Assembly: GCA_963627465.1 (NCBI GenBank)
Contig: CAVGBO010000016.1
Coordinates: 13,159-77,158 of the forward strand
Direction: 5' to 3'
From: Phocaeicola dorei
Lineage (GTDB): Bacteria; Bacillota; Clostridia; Christensenellales; Aristaeellaceae
Length of the DNA stretch: 64,000 nucleotides
Shown here: positions 50,702-60,254 of the stretch, piece by piece
Layout of the letters: each line of letters begins with the position of its first letter
How positions within the stretch are numbered: the stretch's first letter is position 1
Translations under genes and position numbers: made by a program
The notes under the pieces: model-generated
Seen by the model: the letters and a program-made list of their open reading frames with translations, nothing else
Database searches by the model: none
Told to the model about the DNA's origin: nothing

Positions 50702-51157
50702 ATGACCACCATGGAAACGAAAATCAATGCGGTACTGGTGCACCTGTTTAACGATGCCCTGCAGCTGGAAGAGGATACCCTGCGAAAAGCCGGTATCACC
50801 CTAACCATTCGGGAAGTGCACATTCTGGAAGCCGTATGCTCTGCCGGGGACAACAACACCATGTCCGCCCTTGCAGGCAAGCTGCACATTACCGTAGGCT
50901 CCCTGACCGTAGCCATCAACACCTTGGAACGAAAGGGGTATGTCACTCGTCAGCGCTCCCTGCGTGATAAACGGTGCATCCATGTGCTCCCCACGGAAAA
51001 AGCACTGGAAACGGAAAAGGTGCATCAGGCTTATCACCTGAACATGACCCGTGCCATGATGACCACCGTACCTCAGGAGCAGCTGGATACGGTGCTTGCG
51101 GGATTGGAAGCAACCTGGAGTTATTTTACCGACGCTATCAAGGAGGAACATCCATGA
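50702..51157 (+). CDS. MarR-family transcriptional regulator (FabT-like candidate)
   Basis: 151 aa. Winged-helix segment REVHILEAVCSAGDNNTMSALAGKLHITVGSLTVAINTLERKGYVTRQRSLRDKRCIHVLPTEKA. ATGA overlap with the DegV gene. Confidence 0.8.
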   Translation: MTTMETKINAVLVHLFNDALQLEEDTLRKAGITLTIREVHILEAVCSAGDNNTMSALAGKLHITVGSLTVAINTLERKGYVTRQRSLRDKRCIHVLPTEKALETEKVHQAYHLNMTRAMMTTVPQEQLDTVLAGLEATWSYFTDAIKEEHP

Positions 51158-52005
51158 TTCATATTGTTACGGACAGCATGTCCGATATATCCCAACAGGA
51201 GGCGGAAGCCTGGGGCATTACTGTCGTCCCCCTGTCCGTACGCTTCGGCGAGGAAGAGTATCTGGACGGCGTGGAAATGGACAATGTGACCTTTTTCCAC
51301 CGTCTCAGTCAGGTGGCGGAACTGCCGAAAACCAGTCAGGTTCCCCCGGAGCGGTTTCAGACGGCATTCCGCCGTGTATTAGCGAACAGTGATGACGAAA
51401 TTCTCTGCATTGCCGGCTCTTCCGGACTTTCCGGCACGTATCAGTCGGCTGTGCTGGCTCGTGAGATGTCCCATCAGAAAGAAAAAATCGTGATCGTAGA
51501 TTCCCTCAGTGCAGCCGTGGGCGAAGCCATGCTGGTATGGGAAGCCATCCGCTGCCTGCCGCAGGCCGAAAGTGCAGCACAGCTGGCAGCCCATTTGGAA
51601 AAGTTGGTGGAACGGAATCACCTGATCGGCTGTTTCGAAGAGCTGAAATACTTGGTCATGGGCGGACGACTCCATGCCGCCCTGGGCAAAGTGGGCACGT
51701 CCCTGCACATCAAGCCGCTGCTTCGCATGACGGACGGAAAGCTGCATCAGGTTGGTTTTGTCCGCAGCCTGCCCAAAGGACGGCAATGGTACCTTGAGCG
51801 CATGAAGGAATGTCCGCCGGATCCGTCCTTCCCCATCATGATTGCCGGAGCCATGTGCGATGAGGAAGTAGCCTTGGTGAAGGAAGCCATTGAGGCTAGC
51901 TGCATTGCTCCGGGGGCAGAAATTCTCTGCCGGCACATTGGTGCTGTGATCGGCACCTATGTAGGTCCCAACATGACCACCCTGGCATGGGTAGCAAAGG
52001 AATAA
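51154..52005 (+). CDS. DegV-family fatty-acid-binding protein (FakB-like)
   Basis: MIHIVTDSMSDISQQEAEAWGITVVPLSVRFGEEEY, TSQVPPERF, SSGLSGTYQSA, VVDSLSAAVGEAMLV. RBS AGGAGG lies 7 nt upstream. Confidence 0.9.
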   Translation: MIHIVTDSMSDISQQEAEAWGITVVPLSVRFGEEEYLDGVEMDNVTFFHRLSQVAELPKTSQVPPERFQTAFRRVLANSDDEILCIAGSSGLSGTYQSAVLAREMSHQKEKIVIVDSLSAAVGEAMLVWEAIRCLPQAESAAQLAAHLEKLVERNHLIGCFEELKYLVMGGRLHAALGKVGTSLHIKPLLRMTDGKLHQVGFVRSLPKGRQWYLERMKECPPDPSFPIMIAGAMCDEEVALVKEAIEASCIAPGAEILCRHIGAVIGTYVGPNMTTLAWVAKE

Positions 52006-52007
52006 CA

Positions 52008-52056
52008 AACAAGACCGATTGTGCAGCATCAAACTGTGCAATCGGTCTTGTCATTT
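52008..52056. terminator. Bidirectional terminator (DegV gene / DUF853 gene)
   Basis: 13-bp perfect stem ACAAGACCGATTG / CAATCGGTCTTGT, extendable with a small internal loop. Confidence 0.65.
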
Positions 52057-52068
52057 TCTCTATGTCGT

Positions 52069-53934
52069 TTATCGTTTTTTGCTTCCGCCAAGCATGCTGG
52101 TAATGCTGCCCATGATGCCCCGAGTGATGCTCCGGGTTACCTCTCTGCTGGCTGTGGAAATGGCCGTATTCTTGACCCGGCCAAGGACGGAATCATTGCG
52201 GCGGGCACGTTCGGCACGCTCCTCCCGCAATTCGTCTGCACGCTTGCGGCGTTCTTCTGCCAGACGTTCCTTCTCCGCCTTTTCCGCTGCCTTCCGCTGC
52301 TTTTCAGCTTCCTTGGCATCGACCGCGGATACAGCCTGCTGAGGCTGCACGGCAATGTAGTTGCCGGTAGTGGGATCAAGCTGCATGGTCATCATCCGCT
52401 GAACGTACTGCCCGGTGGTGGGGTCAAACATCATCACCGGCATCTGCTGCACCTGAGGCTGTGCCGTCTGCTGCACAGGCACCTGCAAGGTGGGCACTTG
52501 AGGCTGCTGCGCCGCATGCATTCCCGGAAGCTGACGCTGCACATAGGTGCCTGTAGCCGGGTCATACACCATGAATCCCTGAGGCTTGGTAACACTGGGT
52601 TCCTGGGTGGAAATCTGCACGGGCTGATTCATGACCGGCGCAGCCTGTGCCTTTTGGAAAGAACCGCACAGCACCTCATAGGCGCTTTCCCGATCCACCA
52701 CTTCATCATACACCCCCGCAAAGGGGCTGGTTTCGATGAAGGTCTGCCGTGTCTGCGGGTCAATGGCCTTCATATAGGACTGGGGTGGCAGAATCGTGGC
52801 CCGATCCACCACACAAGGCGCACCATGCTCATCCAGGAAGGACACCAAGGCTTCCCCTGTCTTCAGGGTGCTGATGGCTTCTTCCGTGTCAAAGGCTGGG
52901 TTGGTACGGAAAGTTTGAGCAGCCACCTTCACCGCCTTCTGATCCAAAGGGGTATAAGCACGCAGAGCATGCTGGATACGGTTGCCCAGCTGTCCCAGAA
53001 CCGTCATGGGAATATCCGCCGGGGACTGGGTGACAAAATAAACCCCCACGCCCTTGGAGCGGATCAGCCGAACCACCTGCTCCACCTTTTCCAGCATGGT
53101 TTTGCTGCAATTGTTAAAGAGCAGATGTGCTTCGTCAAAGAAGAACACCATGCGAGGCTTTTCCGCATCCCCCTGCTCCGGCAGCAGCTCGTACAGCTCC
53201 GTCAGCATCCACAGCAGGAAGGTGGAATACATGGTGGGGTTATTGAATAGCTTATCTGCTGCAAGAACGTTAATGACACCCCGGCCATCCTCATCCAGCT
53301 GCATCCAATCTGCAATGTTCAGGGCAGGCTCGCCGAAGAAAAGGTTGCCGCCCTGATCCTCCAGCACGGCCACGGCACGCTGAATGGCACCGATGGAAGC
53401 CACGGACACATTGCCGTATTGCAGGGTATAGTCTCTGGCGTGCTCGCCCAGATAAGCAAGCATAGCCTTCAAGTCCTTCAGATCCAGCAGGAGCATGCCT
53501 TCATCATCCGCCACCCGGAAGAGGATGTTCATCACGCCGGACTGGGTATCATTCAAGCCAAGCATACGGCTCAGGAGCAGCGGTCCCATTTCCTGCACGG
53601 TAGCACGGACAGGATGCCCCTGCTCACCGTACACATCCCAAAACACGGTTGGGAATGCCTTGTACTGGAAGCTGGGCACACCGCAGGATGTCAGCCGCTG
53701 CGCCAGTCCGTCACTGTGTTCACCGGGGCGAACCATACCGCTTAAATCGCCCTTCACGTCGCTCAGGAACACAGGAACACCCATGTCCGAAAAACCTTCT
53801 GCCAGCACCTTCAGGGATACGGTTTTTCCCGTGCCCGTGGCTCCGGCAATCAGGCCATGACGGTTGGCCATTTGCGGCAGCAGACAAACCGCTTTTTCTC
53901 CCGTGCCAACCCAGATTTTCCCCTCATAAAGCAT
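52069..53934 (-). CDS. DUF853-family (HerA/FtsK-like, YjgR-type) P-loop ATPase with an inserted Q/P-rich, DPxTGxY-repeat and charged coiled-coil segment
   Basis: N-terminus [25 protein letters not shown] (Walker A). [12 protein letters not shown] (Walker B). Conserved tail [21 protein letters not shown]. Confidence 0.8.
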   Translation of the reverse strand: MLYEGKIWVGTGEKAVCLLPQMANRHGLIAGATGTGKTVSLKVLAEGFSDMGVPVFLSDVKGDLSGMVRPGEHSDGLAQRLTSCGVPSFQYKAFPTVFWDVYGEQGHPVRATVQEMGPLLLSRMLGLNDTQSGVMNILFRVADDEGMLLLDLKDLKAMLAYLGEHARDYTLQYGNVSVASIGAIQRAVAVLEDQGGNLFFGEPALNIADWMQLDEDGRGVINVLAADKLFNNPTMYSTFLLWMLTELYELLPEQGDAEKPRMVFFFDEAHLLFNNCSKTMLEKVEQVVRLIRSKGVGVYFVTQSPADIPMTVLGQLGNRIQHALRAYTPLDQKAVKVAAQTFRTNPAFDTEEAISTLKTGEALVSFLDEHGAPCVVDRATILPPQSYMKAIDPQTRQTFIETSPFAGVYDEVVDRESAYEVLCGSFQKAQAAPVMNQPVQISTQEPSVTKPQGFMVYDPATGTYVQRQLPGMHAAQQPQVPTLQVPVQQTAQPQVQQMPVMMFDPTTGQYVQRMMTMQLDPTTGNYIAVQPQQAVSAVDAKEAEKQRKAAEKAEKERLAEERRKRADELREERAERARRNDSVLGRVKNTAISTASREVTRSITRGIMGSITSMLGGSKKR

Positions 53935-54034
53935 CCGTGTATCATTCCTTTCTCCCGAATCTCCATGGTTTTATTGTACTATGTACGTCCTATCCCGTCA
54001 AGGAAAATTCTGTGCAAAGGAATCCATGCATACC

Positions 54035-54532
54035 TTACGGCACATCCAGAAAGATGGGGACTTTGCCTAGGGTAGGCACCACCTGCTGCCAGAACACATC
54101 CTGATCAAAGACCACCGTAGCCGTGTTGTCACAGGGGTGGAAGGCAATCCGCTTCGTCTGCTGCACCGCACGATCCACAACAAAAGTAATGCGGTGCTCC
54201 TCATCGTACCAAAGCCCCATGGGATTCAGGCTGCCGCTGCGAAGCTGCAGCATATCCATCAGGCATTCTTCCGGAGCAAAGGACAGCCGGGATACCCCCA
54301 GCATCTTGCTCACATCCGCCGTGCGGAAATGCTTGCCCGCCAAGGTCAGGTAAAGGTAAAAATCCGTCTGCTGACGATTGCATAGCAAAATGTTTTTGCA
54401 AATGGTCACGTCCGGCGCGGCAAAAGGGAGCGCAAGGCAATCCTCCATGGTGAAGGCTGCCTGATGTTCCCACACGTCATGAGGAACGCCCAGTTCATTC
54501 AGCTTGGCCAACACTGCGGCTTTGTTGGACAC
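54035..54532 (-). CDS. YbaK/ProX-type aminoacyl-tRNA deacylase domain protein
   Basis: ICKNILLCNRQQTDFYLYLTLAGKHFRTADVSKMLGVSRLSFAPEECLMDMLQLRSGSLNPMG pattern. GTG 54532 follows the RBS AAGGAG. The longer track ORF overlaps the pfkA start region. Confidence 0.7.
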   Translation of the reverse strand: MSNKAAVLAKLNELGVPHDVWEHQAAFTMEDCLALPFAAPDVTICKNILLCNRQQTDFYLYLTLAGKHFRTADVSKMLGVSRLSFAPEECLMDMLQLRSGSLNPMGLWYDEEHRITFVVDRAVQQTKRIAFHPCDNTATVVFDQDVFWQQVVPTLGKVPIFLDVP

Positions 54533-54674
54533 GGAGACTCCTTCTTTCTTGGGGAGGAATGGCATTTCGGTGGCATATAAGCACAAAAAATCCATTCTTC
54601 TCTTTTCAATTATGTTCCCGCATGCTATAATAAAACTGCTGGGTGCTTGAATCAAGTGGAGGAGGCGTTTTTTT

Positions 54675-55745
54675 GTGAAAAAAAGAATCGGTATTCTGAC
54701 CAGCGGCGGAGACTGTCCCGGCCTGAATGCGGCCATTCGAGGCGTAACCCGTGCCGCTTATGAAATGTTTGATGCCGAGATCATCGGCATTCATGACGGA
54801 TACCGAGGGTTGATCGAAGGCGACTATCAGGTCATGACCCGGGATCAGTTTTCCGGCATTCTGACCCTGGGCGGTACCATTCTCGGCACAGCCCGCACGC
54901 CCTTCCGCAACATGCGCGTCATCGGCGATGATAATGTGGACAAAGTCGCCGCTATGAAGAAAACCTACAAGGATCTGAAGCTGGACTGCCTGGTCACCCT
55001 GGGCGGCAACGGCACGCACAAGACAGCCAACCTTCTTTCGGAAGAGGGGCTGAATGTGATCGGCCTGCCGAAGACCATTGACAACGACCTGTACGGCACA
55101 GACTTTACCTTTGGCTTCCACACAGCCATGGACATTGCAACCGATGTAATTGACCGCATCCACACCACGGCAGCAAGCCACGGTCGGTGCATGGTCATTG
55201 AAGTCATGGGCAACAAAGCCGGCTGGCTGACCCTGTATTCCGGCGTTGCCGGCGGTGCCGATGTGATTCTGATTCCTGAAGTGCCTTACGACATTAAGAA
55301 GGTTGCCAAGGTGGTGGAGGCACGGGCAAAGTCCAACAAGGGCTTCACCATCATTGCCGTGGCAGAAGGCGCCATGGACAAGGAAGAAGCCAAGATGAAG
55401 AAGAAGGAGCGGGAAGCCAAGCGTGCGGCAGAACATTATTCTTCCAGTGCCGCTGTGGCTCAGCAGCTCCGTGATTTGGTGGGTGTAGAAGCCCGGAATG
55501 TGGTGCCCGGCCACATCCAGCGCGGCGGTGCTCCCAGTGCCTATGATCGGGTGCTTTCCACCCAGTTCGGCGTTCATGCGGCAGAGCTGATCCGTGACGG
55601 AGTGTATGGGGTAACCGTGGCACTGAAGAACAACACCATTACTCACAACGCCTTGAAGGACATTGCCGGTGTACCGAAGCTGGTACCTGCCGACGACCAG
55701 ATGGTCGCCACCGCCCGGATGATGGGCATTTCCCTGGGCGACTGA
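54675..55745 (+). CDS. pfkA: 6-phosphofructokinase
   Basis: RIGILTSGGDCPGLNAAIRG, GGNGT, LPKTIDNDL, VMGNKAGWL, PGHIQRGG. Confidence 0.9.
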   Translation: MKKRIGILTSGGDCPGLNAAIRGVTRAAYEMFDAEIIGIHDGYRGLIEGDYQVMTRDQFSGILTLGGTILGTARTPFRNMRVIGDDNVDKVAAMKKTYKDLKLDCLVTLGGNGTHKTANLLSEEGLNVIGLPKTIDNDLYGTDFTFGFHTAMDIATDVIDRIHTTAASHGRCMVIEVMGNKAGWLTLYSGVAGGADVILIPEVPYDIKKVAKVVEARAKSNKGFTIIAVAEGAMDKEEAKMKKKEREAKRAAEHYSSSAAVAQQLRDLVGVEARNVVPGHIQRGGAPSAYDRVLSTQFGVHAAELIRDGVYGVTVALKNNTITHNALKDIAGVPKLVPADDQMVATARMMGISLGD

Positions 55746-55763
55746 ATTCTATACCAATCTTCA

Positions 55764-55795
55764 AAGGAGAAGAGCCGATGCCCTTCTCCTTTTTG
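55764..55795 (+). terminator. Rho-independent terminator after pfkA
   Basis: 9-bp stem AAGGAGAAG / CTTCTCCTT followed by TTTTT. It abuts the stop of the convergent DUF523 gene. Confidence 0.6.
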
Positions 55796-56254
55796 TTATG
55801 CGTGAAAATCCTCTTCCGCAAGGAACCTTTCCACTGCCTGCTGATCCTCCTCGCTGAATACGGTTACGCCTGCCTTTTGCAAAGCTCTTGCTGCCACGCC
55901 TGCACTGGGAATGACCTTCCCGGTAAAGCTGCCGTCATAGATCATTCTCGACCCACAGGAAGGGCTTCGCTGTTTGAGGATGGCAAGGGCGCAGTGATTG
56001 ATTCCCGCCACACGAACCGCACAGACTGCCCCTCTTTCGTAAGCTTCCGTCCGGTCAATACCGTTTTGATCTGTAACGGATACCCCTCGGCACTCGGATG
56101 GTGTACGAGGGGTAGGCAAGCCTCCCATTTGTTCAGGGCAGACAGGAATCAGCGTATGCTTCTCCCCCAGCTGAAGCACCCAGGGGCAAGATTTTTCCTT
56201 GCCGTCATAGCGTGCAGGCAAACCCAGCAAGCAGGCACTGACCAGAATGTTCAT
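55796..56254 (-). CDS. DUF523 protein (YbbK / TudS-type thiouracil desulfurase family)
   Basis: MNILVSACLLGLPARYDG..LIPVCPEQMGGLPTPR..LKQRSPSCG cysteine pattern. RBS AAGGAGG upstream. Confidence 0.75.
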   Translation of the reverse strand: MNILVSACLLGLPARYDGKEKSCPWVLQLGEKHTLIPVCPEQMGGLPTPRTPSECRGVSVTDQNGIDRTEAYERGAVCAVRVAGINHCALAILKQRSPSCGSRMIYDGSFTGKVIPSAGVAARALQKAGVTVFSEEDQQAVERFLAEEDFHA

Positions 56255-56343
56255 TGTGCGTCATCCTCCTTATGTGCCTAGTATAGCAGTTTTTCCAGCG
56301 GAAGCAAATGGCTTTCACGTGCGGAATCTTTCGTATCCTCTCC

Positions 56344-56372
56344 TTGACAATCAAGCCGGTTTGTTGAATAAT
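56344..56372 (+). promoter_or_regulatory. Possible promoter of psuK-psuG
   Basis: TTGACA, 17-nt spacer, AATAAT (a weak -10). Confidence 0.3.
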
Positions 56373-56434
56373 ATAGCTTGTCTTTTCCCTGATGTGAAAT
56401 AAATCTCACCGAAAAGAAATGGAAGTGGAACAAC

Positions 56435-57361
56435 TTGCAGCAGCTGAATATCGTGGTCGTCGGCGGCGTGAATGTGGACGTCAGCGGCACGACAGAAACC
56501 CGAATGATGCACGGCGATTCCAACCCCGGTCATGTGAAGGTGACCCTGGGCGGTGTCGGGCGAAACATTGCGGAGAACCTTGCCCGGTTAGGCGCACAGG
56601 TCAGCATGCTTACCGTATTGGGTGAGGATGCCAATGCCGTCCATGCCCGGCAGGAATGCGCCGTCATGGGCATTAACCTGAAGCATGCGAAGATCGTGCC
56701 CGGCGGACGCACCAGCACCTATCTGTGCCTGAATGACATGGATGGTGAAATCTATGCAGCCGTTTCCGACATGAGCATTTGCGAGCACATTACGCCGGAA
56801 TATCTGGCACAGCACATTGATTTGCTGAATGCCGCCGACGTGGTGGTGGTGGATGCCAATATCCCGGAGAGCTCCATCCGCTGGCTGGCAGAAAACTGCA
56901 AAGCCCCCATGGCAGCTGATCCCGTGTCTGTCAAAAAGGCCGGCAAGCTTCAGGCCTGCCTTGGCAGCTTTGTTACCCTGAAGCCCAACCGGCCGGAGGC
57001 AAGCCTGTTGACCGGCGTTGCCATTGAGGGTACAATGGGACTTGAGGAGGCCGGGCAGAAGATGCTCCGGGAAGGTGTGGAGAAGGTCTTCATCTCCCTG
57101 GGCGGTCAAGGTGTTTACTACACCGATGGCACCACCGCCGGCATTCAGCCCTGCTGCCCTGCTCACATTGTCAACACCACCGGCTGCGGCGATGCCTTCA
57201 TTGCAGCGGCTGTCATTGCCTACGCCATGGGGAAGGATATCCGCACCATGGCGCACATGGGTCAGGCCGCCTCTGCCATTTGTGCCGAGGCAGAAAGTGC
57301 CGTCAGCCCCACGGTAACCTTGGAGCAGGTCTTGAACCTTATGAAAAAAACGGAGGAATAA
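56435..57361 (+). CDS. psuK: PfkB-family carbohydrate kinase, probable pseudouridine kinase
   Basis: LNIVVVGGVNVDVSG N-terminus and TTGCGDAF near the C-terminus. Immediately precedes psuG. The TTG start has only a weak RBS. Confidence 0.75.
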   Translation: MQQLNIVVVGGVNVDVSGTTETRMMHGDSNPGHVKVTLGGVGRNIAENLARLGAQVSMLTVLGEDANAVHARQECAVMGINLKHAKIVPGGRTSTYLCLNDMDGEIYAAVSDMSICEHITPEYLAQHIDLLNAADVVVVDANIPESSIRWLAENCKAPMAADPVSVKKAGKLQACLGSFVTLKPNRPEASLLTGVAIEGTMGLEEAGQKMLREGVEKVFISLGGQGVYYTDGTTAGIQPCCPAHIVNTTGCGDAFIAAAVIAYAMGKDIRTMAHMGQAASAICAEAESAVSPTVTLEQVLNLMKKTEE

Positions 57362-57364
57362 ACC

Positions 57365-58282
57365 ATGAATTTGAACAAGTATCTTGCTGTATCTCCCGAA
57401 GTGCAGGCTGCCCTGGATGCAGGTAAGCCCGTCGTCGCGCTAGAGTCCACCATCATTTCCCACGGCATGCCCTATCCCAAGAATGTGGAAACCGCACTGA
57501 ACGTGGAGAAGATTATCCGCGAAAACGGTGCCGTGCCTGCCACCATCGCCATCATCAAGGGCAAGCTGACCGTGGGCTGCACCCCCGAGCAGATTGAGTA
57601 CCTTGGCAAGCGTGGTCTGGATGTGCCTAAGGCAAGCCGCCGTGACCTGCCTGTGCTGCTGGCCAAGGGTGAAGACGGTGCTACCACCGTGACCACCACC
57701 ATGATCGCCGCTGCTATGGCCGGCGTGAAGGTCTTTGCTACCGGCGGCATCGGCGGCGTACACCGTGGTGCCGAAACCACCATGGACATTTCTGCCGACC
57801 TGGAAGAGCTGGCCATGACCCCTGTGATGGTCATTTGTGCCGGTGCCAAGTCCATCCTGGATCTGGGTCTGACCCTGGAATACCTGGAAACCAAGGGTGT
57901 GCCTGTGATTGGCTACCGCACCAAGGAGCTGCCTGCCTTCTACACCGCTCACTCCGGATTCTCCGTAGACTATCGGCTGGATACCCCTGAAGAAATTGCC
58001 GATGCCTTCAAGGTGAAGCTGGACTGCGGCCTGCAGGGCGGCATGCTGGTGACCAATCCTATCCCGGACGAGTACTCCATGGATGCTGACTACATCAATG
58101 AAAACATCGATGCCGCCATCCGTGAGTGCGAGGAGAAGGGCATCCACGGCAAGGCCACCACGCCTTTCCTGCTGGATAAGATTCAGAAGCTGACTGCAGG
58201 CAAGAGCCTGGAGGCCAACATTCAGCTGGTATACAACAATGTACGGCTGGGTGCTCAGGTTGCCAAGGCCATGTGCCGGTAA
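57365..58282 (+). CDS. psuG: Pseudouridine-5'-phosphate glycosidase
   Basis: PVVALESTIISHGMPYPKN, FATGGIGGVHRG, VICAGAKSILD (IndA/PsuG signature). Confidence 0.9.
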   Translation: MNLNKYLAVSPEVQAALDAGKPVVALESTIISHGMPYPKNVETALNVEKIIRENGAVPATIAIIKGKLTVGCTPEQIEYLGKRGLDVPKASRRDLPVLLAKGEDGATTVTTTMIAAAMAGVKVFATGGIGGVHRGAETTMDISADLEELAMTPVMVICAGAKSILDLGLTLEYLETKGVPVIGYRTKELPAFYTAHSGFSVDYRLDTPEEIADAFKVKLDCGLQGGMLVTNPIPDEYSMDADYINENIDAAIRECEEKGIHGKATTPFLLDKIQKLTAGKSLEANIQLVYNNVRLGAQVAKAMCR

Positions 58283-58298
58283 GATCAAAAACCCTGCG

Positions 58299-58335
58299 GG
58301 GGAGACGACTGCTGTCGTTTCCCCCATTTCTTTTA
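58299..58335 (+). terminator. Rho-independent terminator after psuG
   Basis: 12-bp stem GGGGGAGACGAC / GTCGTTTCCCCC (one G-U pair) followed by ATTTCTTTT. Confidence 0.6.
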
Positions 58336-58410
58336 TGTCGAGTGATGTTATGCTTCTACAAAGATTGCAATAGATAGACTGTTTTGGTAATTTTCTTCTC
58401 TCTTTTTTTC

Positions 58411-58439
58411 TTGCCTCACTTTCTTGGATGTGGTATAAT
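58411..58439 (+). promoter_or_regulatory. Putative promoter of yicC-gmk-rpoZ-coaBC
   Basis: TTGCCT, 17-nt spacer, extended -10 TGgTATAAT. Confidence 0.45.
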
Positions 58440-58465
58440 TGTTGATCACCGGGGGAGGTGCAATC

Positions 58466-59338
58466 ATGCGCAGTATGACAGGGTGCGGTCGCAGTCAATT
58501 ATCCGATGGACGGGCGGAAATGACGCTGGAGCTCAAGTGCGTTAACCACCGTTTCTTAGATGTGTCCTGCCGCCTGCCTCGTTCCATTTCCTTTCTGGAG
58601 GAAACCCTGCGCACGGGCATTGGTACTCAGCTGAAACGGGGACATGTGGACGTTTTTCTTGCGGTCAAGTCCGTACAGGAAAGCGACAAGCAAGTCACCG
58701 TGAACGAAGGGCTTGCCAAAGCCTATGTTGCCGCCGGAGAAAGGCTTACTGCCCTGACCGGCTGCAAGAACGATCTGTCCCTGTCCCAGTTAATGGCCTT
58801 GGAAGGCGTGCTGGACGTGGGCGAAAACGTGCCCGATGAGGAAGCGTTAACTTCCCTGTGCCGTCAGGTAACGGCGCAGGCGGTGGAACAAGTCGTTGCC
58901 ATGCGAGACCGGGAGGGTGCTGCCTTGCAGGCAGATCTTTCTGCCCATCTGGCCGCCGCAGAGGCACTTCGGGAAAAAATTCTCGTCCGTGCGCCCCAGG
59001 TTCCTGAGGAATATCGGCAGCGGTTACAGGAGCGGTTAAGCAAGCTGCCCATTGAACCGGTCGATCCGGCACGGCTGGCGCAGGAGGTTGCCCTGATGGC
59101 CGACCGTTGTGCCATTGACGAGGAGCTGTCCCGGCTGGAAAGCCACATCGGTCAGCTTCACGGATACCTAAGCCGCAGCGGAGAAATCGGCAAGAAGATG
59201 GATTTCCTGATTCAGGAAATGAACCGAGAGGCCAACACCATCGGTTCCAAAGCCAACGATGCCGCCATTGCCCAGATGGTTGTGGATTTGAAGAGCGAAA
59301 TTGAAAAGCTTCGCGAACAGATCCAGAATGTGGAGTAA
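58466..59338 (+). CDS. yicC: YicC-family (YloC-like) protein
   Basis: MRSMTGCGRS, ELKCVNHRFLD, C-terminal DFLIQEMNREANTIGSKAND..VVDLKSEIEKLREQIQNVE. RBS GGGAGGTG. Confidence 0.85.
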   Translation: MRSMTGCGRSQLSDGRAEMTLELKCVNHRFLDVSCRLPRSISFLEETLRTGIGTQLKRGHVDVFLAVKSVQESDKQVTVNEGLAKAYVAAGERLTALTGCKNDLSLSQLMALEGVLDVGENVPDEEALTSLCRQVTAQAVEQVVAMRDREGAALQADLSAHLAAAEALREKILVRAPQVPEEYRQRLQERLSKLPIEPVDPARLAQEVALMADRCAIDEELSRLESHIGQLHGYLSRSGEIGKKMDFLIQEMNREANTIGSKANDAAIAQMVVDLKSEIEKLREQIQNVE

Positions 59339-59378
59339 GGGCATCCAAGCTCAAGGATACATCAGAGGAGGACAAGGC

Positions 59379-59981
59379 ATGAGAGAAACACGCAAGGGAA
59401 TGCTGATGGTGATCTCCGGGCCTTCCGGCACAGGCAAGGGAACACTGGCAGCCCGCCTGCTGCAGGAAGATCCAAGCTTTACGTTTTCGGTAAGTGTAAC
59501 CACCAGAGCACGGCGCTCCAATGAGATTGACGATGTGCACTATCACTTCATTTCGGAAGAAGAGTATGATCGTCTGCTGGCAGAGGATGCCTTTCTGGAG
59601 CACGCCACTGTGCACGGTCACCGGTACGGAACGTTAAAGAGTGAGGTTTACGAGCGGATCGAGCGTGGACAGAACGTGCTGCTGGACATTGATCCCCAGG
59701 GGGCACGAAACGTCATGGCACAAGAGCCTACCTGCGTGAGCGTGTTCATTCTCCCGCCCAGCTATGAAACGCTGCGCGTCCGCCTGCATACCCGCAACAC
59801 GGATGACCCGGTTGAAATCGAGCGTCGGCTGCGGAATGCTCATGGCGAGTTGGAGCAGGTAAATCGCTACCAATACGCCGTGGTCAATGATGATCTTGAC
59901 CTTGCCTATGCCCAGCTGCTTGCCATTGCCCGGGCAGAAAAGCAGCGCACCATTCGTTATTTCCCGGTGGTGGAGGATTAA
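59379..59981 (+). CDS. gmk: Guanylate kinase
   Basis: MLMVISGPSGTGKGTL, SVSVTTRARRSNEIDDVHYHF, LLDIDPQGA. RBS GAGGAGG. Confidence 0.9.
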   Translation: MRETRKGMLMVISGPSGTGKGTLAARLLQEDPSFTFSVSVTTRARRSNEIDDVHYHFISEEEYDRLLAEDAFLEHATVHGHRYGTLKSEVYERIERGQNVLLDIDPQGARNVMAQEPTCVSVFILPPSYETLRVRLHTRNTDDPVEIERRLRNAHGELEQVNRYQYAVVNDDLDLAYAQLLAIARAEKQRTIRYFPVVED

Positions 59982-60029
59982 ACGCCTTCCCTGCCGAATG
60001 AACCCATTGATATAAGGAGGAAATCACTC

Positions 60030-60254
60030 ATGTCTATTGTTGATCCTTGCGTTCTGGAGCTGCTGAAGCACGCCGATTCCCGTTACACCCTGGTTGTGGA
60101 GGCTTCCAAGCGTGGCCGGCAGATCGTCGGCGGCAGCCAGCCTTACTTTGATGCCAAGGACATGAAGCCCCTGAAGGTGGCTGTAGAAGAAATCAATCGT
60201 GATCTGGTCACCTACGACCGCCCTGTGGATGAAGAGGAGCAGGTTGAAGCATGA
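60030..60254 (+). CDS. rpoZ: DNA-directed RNA polymerase subunit omega
   Basis: 74 aa. SRYTLVVEASKRGRQI motif. Conserved gmk-rpoZ position. Confidence 0.85.
   Translation: MSIVDPCVLELLKHADSRYTLVVEASKRGRQIVGGSQPYFDAKDMKPLKVAVEEINRDLVTYDRPVDEEEQVEA

Noticed and set aside
52069-53934. DUF853/HerA-like ATPase as the core of a defence system
   Set aside because: There is no partner nuclease, Sir2, helicase or methylase gene. It is a monocistronic gene between the DegV gene and a YbaK-like housekeeping gene, with its own terminator.
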